A stretch of 64,000 nucleotides of DNA from Camelus dromedarius. Taxonomy: Eukaryota. The stretch lies in NCBI RefSeq assembly GCF_036321535.1, contig NC_087438.1, positions 5,954,001 through 6,018,000 of the forward strand, given 5' to 3'. Under the pieces are notes generated by a model. It searched no databases and had not been told where the DNA came from. It saw only the letters and a list, made by a program, of their open reading frames with translations. Shown here piece after piece: positions 1-12,802 of this stretch; position 1 is the stretch's first letter; the number at the start of each line of letters is the position of its first letter. The translations under genes were made by a program, and so were the position numbers.

Positions 1-1108
1 GTAGTGACCATGCCTATCCCGGGCACATGGGGCTGAATCTGGTGCAGACGCAACAGACTGCTTTTGAATAAATGGTAAATACAGAGCACTGAGAATTTTC
101 CAGCAGAAGCCTCAGGCTTAGAGTCTACTGAATTTTGTGTGAGATGGAAAAAATTCTATTTTTGAGTAAAATTTCCTGAAGAAGTGTTAGGTGGTTTGCC
201 AAAAAATGCAATTTATCTTGATAAACTGTAATGTTATAAAAAGGCAAAAAATACATCTGGCATGATCATTTCCCAGATAATGCAGAAGGAGGGCTCCTGA
301 AAATGGGAAATGATGAAGCTTGGATATTAATGCTAAAACCTGGGCAATCTGCTGACTTTAGTTATTATAAAGTGTCAGGCAATTAAACTAAGAGAGAAAC
401 CTTTTCTCAATTAGAACTATGACATGGCTCTGGGACATTAAAAAGTGACATTCACAATAATATGCCCACAAGAAATCACACCTTTCTGAAAGACAACCTG
501 AGATTAAAAATATACATTTAACATATTAAAATTCAAACCCCATATCAGAATCTAAATTAAAAAGTATTTGTACCTGAGTTCAGCTATCTGGAGAGTCCCC
601 CTGACCCCAGCTTCCCCCAGCCACCCTCTCTGCAGGGAACAAGTTTCAGCAGGCTCTGGTCTCCTAATCCCTCAGATGGCTATCATTACAACTTCAATCA
701 CCATAAGATAATTTATGTTTTGTGCTGATATATTTATATAAGATTCTCTACCTCTAACGTAAACAATTTCTCACGTGGCTGGGGAAATAGAGAAAGAGGG
801 GTGGAAGGGAGAGACAAGGTGTGTGTATACAATACGTGGGAAACTGAGAGCATTTCAAACACCCCCCCCCCATGTGCTTGAATACACACACCAAACCAAG
901 TGCAAATTACACTTTAGGTTGACTCTAATTTTTCTCAAATTGGGAATATAATGCAGAACTAAACAAATATCATTATTCTTCTGAGCTGTTGACCGCTAGT
1001 TTACACAAAACTGGATGCCTTCCTGCTTGGTGAAAATAAAAATATTACAAATCTAAATCTAGATTTAAACTTAAAAATTTAAATTTAAATACCCAACATG
1101 CTCAGGTG

Positions 1109-1201
1109 TTTTTCCCCCCTCCCCTCTCCCCCCTCCCCCCAACTCCTCCCTTCTCCTCCTCCTTTTCCTCCTCTCTCTCTTCCTTCTCTTCTTCTTTTCT
1201 T
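1109..1201. repeat. Polypyrimidine/polypurine low-complexity tract with four C-runs (G4-capable on - strand)
   Basis: ~93 bp of C/T interrupted only by 'aa'; C-runs at 1114-1119, 1121-1124, 1128-1133 and 1135-1140. Confidence 0.85.
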
Positions 1202-3575
1202 GACCTGTGGTGACACATTTTGCAGACATTTAGAATTTCTGTTACCCCCATAAAAGTGGCTGCCAAGAATTACCTCCTGCCCCCTAGTACCCATCTTGGA
1301 GTGAAGAAAACGTCCAGCTGGCACCTCTAATCCGTTCTGAGTGAGATCATCGGTGTGCACTTGGCAGACGCCTCTTACGGTCACACACTCCCTTGGTGAG
1401 GAATCGGGACTTTGACCCTTTGGGACTGACCTGTAGGGTTCTGTTTGCTCAGACAGTCCCGGGTGAGCAAATCCAGTTTGGATTTTGAATTGATTGAGGA
1501 AATGCCTTTCTCGTTTGGGTATATTGTTCTCTGATGTTGCTAAAGCTAATAATTAATGAAATTCTTAATAAGCAAAGTTGGTAGGGTGACCACAACAAAC
1601 TCTAGTAAGAATTGACCTTAAGATCAACTAAGATGGAAGAAGCAAAGAACCAATAGTAATTATGGTCTGTGTTACATGCCACTGATCCAAAAGGAAACAA
1701 GCAGTGAATTAAGTCATAGATTTTAATCTACATAGATGCAGAAGACCTGTCTCAAGCTGCAGAATTACAAGAAAAAAGATCCTTTACAATCTTTGAAGAA
1801 CATTAGGTCACAAAGTTTATTTCCCAGCTCTGGACCCCTGATTTTTCAGTTATTTGGGGATTTTTTTTAAAGCTTATTTTATCTCAAACTTTCCTAAGCA
1901 GAGATTTCATAGCTATTCTGATCACCCTTTAATTTTAACGTGAGGCAACACTGGCTGTGCTGCCAGAGGATTTAATTTAGAGTGGGTGGTTTCGTAAATC
2001 CATCAAGAGCACCAGGGCGGGGAACCAATTTAGTTATTTTCTCCTTTGAGAGAATACAGACTGCTGCAGTGAGAATTTGAGTTGCTCAGCCTTGGGTGGA
2101 CCTTATTTTCCATGCTGAGGAGCTAGCATCTTTTTTTTTTTTTTGTTAGCTATTTTATGTTACTGTCTAGAAAAGACTGCCCTTCCTTATGTGAGACCCA
2201 GAGGAAGAAGGCGTTATTCGTTCTAAGGGAAGGAACTGTAATTTGCTCAGGGGAGGAGGGATTTCCGTTTGTAGGGGTGTTAGAATATAATGACAAGCGG
2301 TGGGAGTGTTGTTGGCATTCTGAGAGGTGCATTTTTCATCGGAGATTACCATCTCTCATATCGCAGGACTTTCAGTAAACCTACCCCCGTCCCCACCGTG
2401 TCCCGCTCAGGCACTAGAGCAACCAGAACAGCTCTGCCCACTCCCCTGTGTCCCACAGAGGGGCAGGAGTAATCACATTTGGGACTGAGGTTCTTGACGG
2501 GACCAGGCCTTGTAGCTCTTTTGACCACGTTGTTTTAGAACCTCTGGGTGAGAGGTCTAAACCCCACAGGCCACGTGAAATTTTACTTTACAGGGTCCCT
2601 GCAGGTTATGGGGCCATATATTTGGAACAGAGCCAGTTCTCACAGGCTGCAACAAAGCTGTAGAGCTAAGCTGGAATGAGGTCAAGCGCAGGTCATCAGT
2701 TCAGTAAAACCAAAATGGCACTTGAGCATCAGCAAATGGGTACGTCTTGAGAGTGGTCATAGGCAATAGTAGGGATGCAATAGTCACCTGACTCTGAACC
2801 GCAAGGGCCAAGGCACTGGCCCACAGGAACCTGAATAGGCATTCGTGGCCCACAGAGGGCTTAGCAAGCAGGTGCAGCGTGGGCACAGCCTCCTGGGGAA
2901 GTGCTTAAGGGGCAGCCTCTTCCTCTCCAACCTACACCATGAGGAGGCCCAGCTATGCTCATGACTGAGTGGGAAATTCTACTTAATTCAGGAGTTCAAA
3001 GTTGCTATCCCATCTGAGATGCATTTTCTAGTTGCTCTCCACCCCACCCTGGCCAGGAATAAGCTGCCTGCAGAAATGGTTGTTCATGATTATTCTTACT
3101 TTAGAGGAACAGGGCACAGTGCCCACGCCACTGCAGTCTTGTTTGGCGGGGTGGGCTGGGAAGGCTGCAGGGCTGGGATGTGAACTCAAAGCCCCAACAG
3201 GTTCCCTGCCCAACAGAGATTCACGTTGTCTGACTCACAGAAACTGCTGCCTGTAATGAGACAATCAATTAATCTAAAATGAAGCCCTCATACGCTAGGG
3301 TTGTGAGGGTTGGTGGAACTGCTGAAAGTATTCAGTAAATTATTTAGGGGAACATTATGGCTTCATGGAGGAAGGAGTTAAACTAATGTCATTATGGAGG
3401 AAAGTGTGAGAGTTTGGACAGAGAATGCTGATGGTTTCGTATTAGACTGTTTCCTTATAAAAGTGACTTCAAAGACTGCAGATAGCATCTGACATATGAA
3501 ATGAAAGGGAGTTCTAACAGAGGTTAAAATAAGACTTCAAGTTTATGTTGCTTTATTTGTTTCCTTATACAACAG

Positions 3576-3749
3576 GTACACAAAAAGACCAAGTCACATG
3601 CTGGGAGAATGGCTGTGGAATTTGGTAGTAAAGGATTTAGTCTCACTGAATTGTTTGAAGCTATTTTGAGACAATGTTTGCTGTCGTATTATCAAAATTC
3701 ACCTGTGATCCAGCCAAGAAGAGTGAAATCTCTGGAGTCCTGTATGATG
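3576..3749 (+). other. Candidate spliced exon (unknown transcript)
   Basis: T-rich tract + aacag| at 3575 and atg|gtaggt at 3750; 174 bp, open in phase 0; peptide not recognised. Confidence 0.25.
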
Positions 3750-4635
3750 GTAGGTCTCAGTACCTTCTGGAAAGCAGTCCTTGTGCTGGACAATTGCATT
3801 GGCCTGGGGTGCTAAAGGGACATGCATTAGTGTGGGGCTGAACTGGGAACACAGAGATGGGACCCTTTCAATCATACTACTCTACTGATGGATACTAGTG
3901 GTCCAATATCAATACAAATATCATTATCCGATACCAATATCAATTCCAGAGTGGCAATTATGATACGAACTCAAAATGGATTGTTTTCTAATCTTCAGAA
4001 GTATTGACATTTGAATCATTTTTTTAAAAGCCAGTGTAAAATTTCCCAGTTTCTCTCCTAAGCTGATGCTCTGGAATTCCATCAGAGATGGGAACCTTAT
4101 CTTTAGTAATCTCTACACAGGACCGCTCGGAACCTTAAAGCTTGCCTTGATTGTAGCCACATAGATCTCAGAGGCGCCATCTCCCCAAGCAAGGGAAGAC
4201 TGAATCCATGTGGTTCCCCAGCTCCATGGAGACATCTGGGTTCTGGGCATGGCCCAGGGCCCTGAGGGTTTAGTGTCATTGGTGTTTTCAAGGTCATGAG
4301 AGTGTTTCCCCACCACTCTGCAGAGGATGCACTTAATTGGTGCCTTGGGAATAACTAAAGCAGCGATCTTTTCAGTTTTCACAAACCGCAGGCTTCAAAT
4401 GACTAAGGATGGGTGAGCCATCTTTATGGCTATCCTTGGGGTTACACTTACGGCTTCCTCTTGTGGAAAACCCCTTTAAAGAAACTAAATGCTAAGCAGA
4501 ATTGCTTTTAAGGTGTACACAAACCCTTTGCTAAATTGAAAAAGAAATCAGAGGATTTTTTTTTATTAATTTCTACAAATTGACAAAATAAGAAGGACCA
4601 TTTTTAGTGTTATGTCCAACTTAATGGTGGCCTCT

Positions 4636-5007
4636 TGTCCTAGTCTGCTCAGGGCCGTCATGACAGCACCGCAGGCCAGGCGCTGAGCAACCGACTTTTA
4701 TTTTCTCACAGTCTGGAGGCTGGAAGCCTGGGAACGAGGGGCCAGCGCATTGGTTTCTCCTGAGGCCTCTCGCCTCGGCCTGCAGACGGCTGCCTTCTCT
4801 TCCTGCCGCCTCCTCACGTGGCCTCTCCTCTGTGAGCACACCCTCCTGGTGCTGCCTCCTCTTCTGATTTGTCCTGTTGGATTAGGGCCCCACCCTGATA
4901 ACCCTATTTAGTCTTAATTACCTCCTTAACAGCTCTATTTCCCAAATACAGTCATGTTGGAGATTAAGCTTCAACCTATGAATTTTCGAGGAACAAAATT
5001 CAGACCA
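4636..5007 (-). mobile_element. MaLR solo LTR (MLT1A/B-like)
   Basis: Typical reverse-strand MLT1 text: 'ttttctcacagtctggaggctggaag', 'ggattagggccccaccct', 'gcttcaacctatgaatttt...aaaattcag'. Confidence 0.85.
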
Positions 5008-5036
5008 GGGAGTCCCTCACGAGAGGGGCTTTCTGG

Positions 5037-5063
5037 GTGACGTGATGCGCGCGCACCGGAAAT
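5037..5063. promoter_or_regulatory. Compact CRE-like / NRF1-like / ETS-like motif cluster
   Basis: GTGACGTG 5037-5044, palindrome TGCGCGCGCA 5046-5055, ACCGGAAAT 5055-5063. Confidence 0.35.
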
Positions 5064-6339
5064 TAGGCCGTAGGATTCACGCTCAGCTGTGCTGATGTAG
5101 AACCGGCAGGTTAACAAGCTTGTGGGGGCTTGTTCACCTGAATTGCCACAGAGACTGACAGGAATGTAATAAAATGAAATAGACAGATACATCCGAGCAC
5201 ATTTCCAGACAAGTTAAGGTCATGTCACAGTTACCTCCGTGGGTCGGAGCCTGGCACTAACAGGGCTCTGAAATCAGGATCCCGCATGGGTCAATTAACT
5301 TCTCAGAGATACAAACTCTGAAACATGTCCCCAGAAGGCAGCACAGACCCAGGATGTCCTTCCCAGAAACACCTCCTCAGAGCATCTGAATTAGAGAAAG
5401 GTGATCCATTGTCACTACTTAATTAGAACCCAAGGTATAAGCCCTTGAAATAATATATTCATGTTCAAATTTTGGTGCACAGTGGTAAATGGCTTTCAGG
5501 TAACTTGGAGCAGTTCACCTCACAGAGACCATGCAAGAGTGTATCCACTACCTGGCATACGCCTAATTCATGCTGTGCGTTGCAGTTAAAACAAACAAAC
5601 AAACAAACACTTTTGCCTACCCAACAGAGGGAATGGGTTTTTATTGTTTGAAATTTGTGATGTTTTACTAGGGAGGTGAACGTTTATTTGCGAGCGCTTA
5701 TTGACCTTTTTTTTTTTTCCTCTTTTCTCAGTGTCTCATGTTCTTCATCTCTTCTCTAGAACATTTTAAGGTTTTCCAGATTGACATCCATAAGAGGGTT
5801 TTCGGAAGATCACAAACAGGTAAAATATTAATATTTATTCTGTGCTTATTATGCTTCAAGAGTCATGCTTAGTGCTTTTATTCTATTATCTTATTTAATT
5901 TAGTAATAACACACAGAGCTTAACATTTGCTCTATCAGGTTTCCCTAACATGTGTAAAATTGTCCCCCTCCTAACCAAAACTTAGCCTTGAAAGTGAATT
6001 TATAATGAATCTTATTGGCTTCATGAAGGAACAAGTCAGCACGAATAATAATACGGACTTTTCTATGCGGCAGTCAGTCCAGATCTGATTATTTTCTTGC
6101 GACCTTCATGTGACTCATTAGCTGGATTGTAAATCACTGTTTCATCTGTGTGAACGTAGTAGTCACCCAACAAGAATTTATCTTTTCTTTCTCCCTTCCT
6201 TCCTTTCTCTTTTTCTCCCTCCCCCTCTCCCTCTCATTCTTTCTCTCTTTTATAATCAGACCAAAGGGAGATAACTGTCTAAAGGTAGCAAGCAGATGCT
6301 TGTAATGAAAAGATCACGATGCCCTGCTGTGAATTCTTA

Positions 6340-6955
6340 AGAGTCGCTCCTGGCGTGGGGAGCGTTGGGCATCGCACGTTCCTTGACACCAGCCAGGGCT
6401 CCGCTCTGCACGCATACTAGCGGGTGTAGACAGACCTCCAGGTCTGAGCACAGGCCCCAAGTTTCTTCATTGGCTTGAAATACACGGGGCCCTAACTGAC
6501 CAAACAGGAGCGCAGACACACCCGAGGCCGCGCTGAGTCTCCGTCAACGGCCGGCTGCGGGCGGCGGCGCGGCCCCCGCGGTTCCGCGAGAGCGCGCGCC
6601 CCTGGCGGACGCCGGGCGCCTCCGGACCTGGCCCTGGAGGGGGAACGGAGTCGGTACGGCTTTCAGGGCGCGATGGGCTCCCTGGGCCGTTCGACGCATT
6701 TGTGCGGAGAAAGCTGGGCCGCGGGGTCGGATGAGGCCCTGGACCCCGTGGCCGAGCCTCCCGGGGCCCTGGTGCCCGCGGCCCCGCCGACAGGGGCGGG
6801 AGAGGCCCGGAGCCTGGCCGCCCGCGCCGCCGCCCCCCGGGCCCAGGGCGCCCGCGCCGCCCGGTCCACCGCAGCGCCGCAGCCGCGCCGAGCGCCGGGC
6901 CGGCGACGGGTTTTAGCTGCATCCGCCGTTACAGGCAGTAGCTTCGCCGGAGAGA
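6340..6955. promoter_or_regulatory. CpG island (orphan; promoter or Polycomb-type enhancer)
   Basis: ~600 bp, very GC-rich with dense CpG; GC-box-like ggggcggg near 6793; CCAAT on - strand near 6470; flanked by a pyrimidine tract (6181-6250) and a T-run (~6962). Confidence 0.9.
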
Positions 6956-7699
6956 GTTGACTTTTTTTTTTTTTTTCTATAAAGTTCATTTGTGAAATTC
7001 ATTACAATCTCGAATTCTTAAAGTAGACTTTTTTATGGCCTCGTGGTTGTTTTTTTTCCTCCAATCTTTTGAAAGGAGGGAAGTCCTTTCTGTGCAGCTA
7101 GAAAGTCCCAGCGGGATGACCGTGGTCAGAGCCGCCTTTGCTGGGCGAGGTGGCTGAACAGCGTGGAGGTCCGTCTGTCCTGTGCGCCAGGCGGGTCCTA
7201 GTCCCCGGGCTTCTGGGTTGAATGACAGGAATGGGACGTGTTACCTCACGCAGCAGACAGCCCGCATTTGGAAATCGAGTGTTAGAAGCTGCAAGAGATG
7301 CGGCTGTTCCTGCTGGTGTCATTACCATAACTGTGTACGGTGGGCAACCCAACAGCCCTAGCCAACAGAGGTTTATTCAGACCTAAAATATTGAAAGACT
7401 TTCAATTTAGAAACAATGGCACGCATCAGATCATTCCCTAAATATTTACTGAACACTTGTGATGTGCCATTGCGCATCCTTGGGCTAGAAAAAAAGCCCC
7501 CTCTTGATTCTCCATTTCCTCCCTTAAAGGGTTTATCCACGCCCACAGCATCCCGGGTTCCAGCTGGTTCCTGACCCCAGCAGGGGCCACCTCAGTCCTG
7601 CGGGCCTGACTGGTGGGTAGACCCTCTCCTCCTCCTAGTCAGCGACTGGGGCTGGCCCAGCTCCTCCCACAGCCCCGGGTCTGCCAATCACATCATTTC

Positions 7700-8500
7700 C
7701 TTCACTGGTGCCAGGGGTTTGCGCGTTCCCGGGATTTGCCTTCACTGGAGTCACTTTTGATTCAGCACTTCCCTGCACTCCCCATCACCACGTCTGCAGA
7801 ACTCTTCCTCCTTGTGTCATTTCTACTGCTCCCACCACCACCTGCCACTCACCCTGATACCTGGATCATTGCAACCGTTCCTTAACTAACTGTTCATTAC
7901 TATCCCTGCAGCTTCCCTCCCAGCCCCCCAGCCCCCTCCTCCCTTTCCCTAAAGCACATCTACCCAACCTGCTGCAGCCAGGTTAATCCACTTTGACTGT
8001 CAGGTTCACAAACTCTTAAGAGATTTGGGACCATTTACAATATGGCTCCAGCATTTACTTCCATCTTTCTCACTCTTCTTTCTACGAAATCTCTGCTTCA
8101 GGCTTGTTGATTAATTTGTAGCCCTTAAAGTATGCCAGGTACTTTGGCTTCATTTTATTCTCTAGTCTCTGTTGTGTTTCTTCTCCTACCATTTTAACTT
8201 AATCATATTCACACTTTGCAAGTCTAGCCATCTCTTCTAACCCAGATTTTCCTAGCCCCCCATCCTCCTGCTCTTCTGAACTCTGCATTATTGTCATCTC
8301 CAGTAACTGAGCCTTTTCAGTCAGGCCCCCGTGTTTCCACAGCTTCCATAAAACCACAGATGAGCTTTTCTGCATTATCAGAGGGTCTCAGGTTGTCCTG
8401 TCTCCATCCAGGGCTGGACGATATGATCTTTCTTCATCATCGTCAATGTATCCGTCAGAGAACAGGCAACATGCTGCCTGCTGGAGTTTATAAGTACTGT
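7700..8500 (+). mobile_element. L2 LINE remnant (highly decayed)
   Basis: C/T-rich text with L2-like phrases ('ctcaccctgatacctggatcattgcaac', 'ccaacctgctgcagccaggttaatc', 'acaatatggctcca'). Confidence 0.5.
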
Positions 8501-8584
8501 AGACTCCCTGGTCCTGGGACACTCACAACAAAGTAATAGCTACACACGTAACAATAGGCAAGTACATTTCAATGAAGAAGACGG

Positions 8585-8800
8585 TTGGCAGGATGCTATG
8601 CCAATAGGTTTGAGTCTGTAGGATCTAGATTTAAATACCTGCTCTATTAGTTACTATTTCCGTCTCACATAGTATCCGTGTTCAGTTATCTTCTCAGGAA
8701 GATGAAATTAGAAATAACTCTACCATATGACAGCTGCGAAGTTGAACATGATCATTTGATGTGGCCCTCAGCTCGGCTCCCGGCCCTGCGTACAAGCACA
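8585..8800 (+). mobile_element. MIR SINE
   Basis: Decayed MIR core: 'gatctagatttaaatacctgctcta...gtgttcagttatcttctcaggaagatgaaattagaaataactctacc'. Confidence 0.55.
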
Positions 8801-10227
8801 GCCGTGGTGCAGGCTGTTGTTATAACTCAGCCCAGGCACCAGGGAGCCTGCCTGAGGCTCGGGAACAGGGAAGGGGGCAAGGAGTGTTTCCTCTGTGGGG
8901 GTAAAGGCATTCAAGCATCAGGGTAAGACAGAAAACTTAGTAAAAATTATTTACTCAGCTTCTGTTCTCAGTACTTATTCTCCTGAAAAAAAAAAAAATC
9001 TCCATGGAAGGATTTGATACAAAATACAAGAAAGGGGGAAATAATGAATTAAAATTCAGCTTTATAACATGCAATGTATTTAGATAGCAGTATTACAACC
9101 TGGAAATACTGTTTTAGGAGAGAATTTTACATATTCCTGTGTAACTCCTCCTAGGAAATGTTAAGGACTAAACTTGGTTAACAGAGTCTATAAAACACCC
9201 CTCAGCTCAAAAACACACTCCTCCTCCCACTCAGGGCAGTGGGCGTCAAAGAGATGCTCACTCTTCTCTGGCCCAGCTGTGTGGGAAGGAGGAGGGAACG
9301 GGGCATTGGTTCGGCTTCTCCCACCCCTGGAAAGTCAGGCAAGGAAACCCGTCCTCCCAACCCCACAATGATGTGTGGGTCAAATATCCTCTCCCCTGAA
9401 ACCTGGACTTTTGCGAGGGAGAGAAAGAAGGAGGGGCAGCCCTCACAGAAACTGAGCATTTTCTGAATGACCTGAGTAAATTATTGATATGATGAAGATT
9501 TAAACTGTCTGGGCGCAGAGTAAGCGGTTTTGGTTCAATAGGACAGAAGATAAGTTTTGGACAAAGAAAGGGCTTAAAATATACTCGCACATCTTTTCTT
9601 ACTCAGATTTGCACCATCGTTCTGTTAGCAGGGACGGAGGTGAGAAGCCGTGTTCTGACGGTGGGAAACACTCAAATTCAGTGGTCGGAGTGGAGCTGGC
9701 GGAGTCATGTCTCATGCAGTCACGTCCAACCTGCACGTCCTCAGGCCGCGGCGAGAGCATAAGGGGTCTGGGGGAGCGCGTGCTCTGGGCGCCCAAACGC
9801 CAGGCTGACTTGTGTTCGTGTCTATTTTATAACTTTTATCGGCAACCAGATGGCCTCCCTAAAGTCAAAATAGCCTCTTTTGTCATCTTATCATGCTTTT
9901 TTCCTTGTCTAACGTTTTGCTTCACATTTTGTTGCTAGCACAGTATTATGTGGAAGCCCAGAACACGCCGCCGCAGTTAAGGGGGACACTGGTCGTGAGA
10001 AGGAAGGAGAAGATCTTTCCACAAAGAGGATGGAGAGGAGGAGAAATTCAAGAAAGCTCTGCTTATAATTGTTACTTTTTTTTTTTGAAAAAAATTACAG
10101 GAAAGTGTTCTGAAATATTGCCATTTTCACTGTTCTCATGGACTGGTGAGTGTCTGAAAGGAGCTGGGAAAAGAAAGCTTGGAGACAGAAACCAGAGACG
10201 ATGTTCTGGTCCAGCCAGTATCCTGCC

Positions 10228-10535
10228 TGCCATGGACTGAATGTTTGTGTCCCCTCAAATTCCTATGTCGAAGCTGTACCCTCGGTGAGAAGGTGTTTGG
10301 AGGTGCGACCTTTAGGAGGTAATTAGGTCATGAGGATAGAACATTCATGATGAAATTAGTGTCCTTTCAAAAAGGAGGAGGTAGGACATCTTTTTCTCGC
10401 CACTGAGGCACTGTCTGCAAACCAGGAATAGGTTCTTACCAGTCACCAAATCTGCCAGTACCTTTGAGAAATAAATGCTGTTTAAGGCAGCGAGTCTGTG
10501 GTGTTCTGTCACAGCAGCTCAGGCAGACTGAGACA
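10228..10535 (+). mobile_element. MaLR solo LTR (MLT1A-like)
   Basis: Starts 'tgccatggactgaatgtttgtgtcccctcaaattc', ends 'gcagactgagaca'; near-identical 5-bp TSD ctgcc/ctgct. Confidence 0.9.
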
Positions 10536-12492
10536 CTGCTGGTGTTTTCCACTCAGTGTTATCACGGCAAGCCCAGGGCAGAAAGAGCCCTGTGTGCTTG
10601 TTCCTCAAGGGTCTGCTGCCAGTGACACTGGGCATGAAAATCCTTCTGTTAAGCAGACTGCACTGCGGTTCCCCAGTGATTCCGAGGCAAAAGCATGGCC
10701 TCCCAGGGCACAAGGCTGGCAGCCTGGCAGTTAACCACTGAAGACCACGGGACAGATTATCTTTCCCCAAATTTATCTTTGCAAACAAAACCTACAATTA
10801 CTGGTTTTAATCTGAAAGCAATCTGTTCATACATTTTCATGAAAATCAAAATACAGTAAAATGACCAAAGCACAGGCATTTCTGAACATTTTATCAGACA
10901 GGCACAAGCTACCTTTTCTAAACATTAGACACTAAGAAAAAGAACATTGTGTGTGTGTAAAGATTCATATTTCCTTGGACACTAGTCCACAAAAATATAT
11001 TTATCTGAATTGAATTGAATGATGGTCCTGAAAGCTACTCTTAATCAGCAGGCGCAGAGTTAATTTAACTGTCTATTCTAGATTGCCTATTAATACTTCT
11101 TGTAGGATGTTGTCGAGTCACCTTTATAGCGGGTAATAAAAAATTAAAGGACTGGCCTCTGAAGTGTGGATCAGAGCAAAACTCAGGCACAGTGAAACCT
11201 GTCTGATTTACGCCCTGACCGTCATGGGTGTTTTAACATCGGGCCTTGCTGAAGTCAAGCCTGGGTAAGGCCTTGCTGCAGAGCGGGAAAGAGAAACCAG
11301 GGCTTTCTAGAGTTTAACCTTCATTCCTATGAGCCCTTGTTTAGTTTAACCTTGCTATTTCCCACAGATATTTCCCCCTCATCCTGCCAAGCACAGAGGG
11401 GGAAAAAAAAGAAGGTAAAGAATGAATTCTGGGCATCTTGGGACACAGCAACTCCAAAGAAAACCTACTGAATTCTCAAAAATGCATTTGCATGGTCTAT
11501 ATTCCATCCAACTTTCTCCAGCATGAGTCCTCAGTTCCTCACTGAGAACAATGGGCACCACTTCCAGAAGGAATGCTTTTTAGTGCCTGGGATACTGGGC
11601 ATGGTTACATATGCCCTGACGATGTGAAATCTTCAGGAGTTTTGTGAGCTGACTGATATCAAATGGGTAGCTTGAAATTGGCCATCATGGGAGTATATCC
11701 ACCATAGAAATTGCCAAGGACATCTTTGCTCCACTCCTCGGAAGGGAAATGTCGAAGGGACGTTTCCAGCTGCTCTCCTCCCCTGGAGAGGAGAGACTTC
11801 CCAGCGTCTGACCTGAGCCTGATTGCCTTTGGTCCTCTGGACTTCATCTCTTTCCAGACCCGCTGCCCCGAGAAGCTCCTGTCCTATGTGGATTTGACTT
11901 AACAAAGTGGCCACTGGTCTGAGACTGTCTGGTCCTGTCTATTTCGGTGCGTAAGTTTCCTTCCCTGTGAAATATGAGGAAGCCCATGGTGGCCACACAT
12001 CTAGGTTGGTTAGGACAGCAGTAGCTGTGGTTGCACGAAGTGTCCGCCTCTCAGAATCCTGGATCTGCCCTCAGTTGGTGCCAAACTCAGAAGGAGAAAA
12101 GAAGATGCATGGCCCTGTCCTCCTGAAATACTCCCAACATTTAACCACTTTCTTGACTTCTTTGTAATTAAAGTGTCTCCCAAATCCACCAACTCTCTCA
12201 AAAACTACAGATCCATGCATTCAATTCCCTTCTACTCCTCCATTACAAAAATTACTTTTAGAATTCTTTTCTCAAGGAGTCCACAGCATTATCTGCAGTT
12301 TTTTGCAGTCTAGTGTTGCTCACAAGTAATTCCTTTGTGTTAGACTCCTACACATTTGCTTAGATACGAATCATCCAGCAGCGTCTCCTGGAGATGACTC
12401 TTTTCCTTTCCTTTTTGTCTCTCACATATAGGAGGCTCGAAGTCACCCTTGCCGTCTGCTTTTAACTCTGAAAGTCCTGTATGGGAGCCTTA

Positions 12493-12802
12493 TTGTGTAA
12501 ACTTGGCTGGATCTTGGTGTCCAGATATTTGGTCCAACATCATTCTGGATGTTTCTGTGAAGGTGTCTGTTTAAGATGGGATTAACACTTAACTCAGTGG
12601 ACTCTGAGAAAAGCAGATTGCTGTACATCCTATGAATGGGCCTCATCCAATCAGCTGAAAGTCTTCATAGAAGAAAGACTGACCTCCCGTGAGGAAGAAG
12701 GAGTTTTGCCTCCAGACAGCCTTTGAATTTGAACTGCTCTTTCCTGAAGCTTCCTCTTTATATTTGGACTCTCCAAAATAGAGTGAATCAATTTCTCCAA
12801 TA
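12493..12802 (+). mobile_element. ERVL solo LTR (MLT2-like) followed by (GA)n at ~12804-12824
   Basis: 'tgtgtaaacttggctgg...tgtccagatatttggtccaacatcattctggatgtttctgtgaaggtg...gggcctcatccaatcagctgaaag'. Confidence 0.85.

Noticed and set aside
3903..3945. Three degenerate 'ccaatatcaat' units; also small tandem duplications near 34859-34906 and 51147-51171
   Set aside because: Ordinary slippage duplications; no regular repeat-spacer structure, so not CRISPR-like.
6467..6989. Overlapping 95-151 aa ORFs on both strands in the first CpG island
   Set aside because: Ala/Gly/Pro/Arg-rich frames are expected from stop-codon scarcity in GC-rich DNA; no recognisable domain or exon structure.
7577..7590. 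CTCF-like CCAGCAGGGGCCAC (also GGACTAGAGGGCAG near 57764)
   Set aside because: Each misses key consensus positions; cannot be supported without PWM scoring or ChIP.
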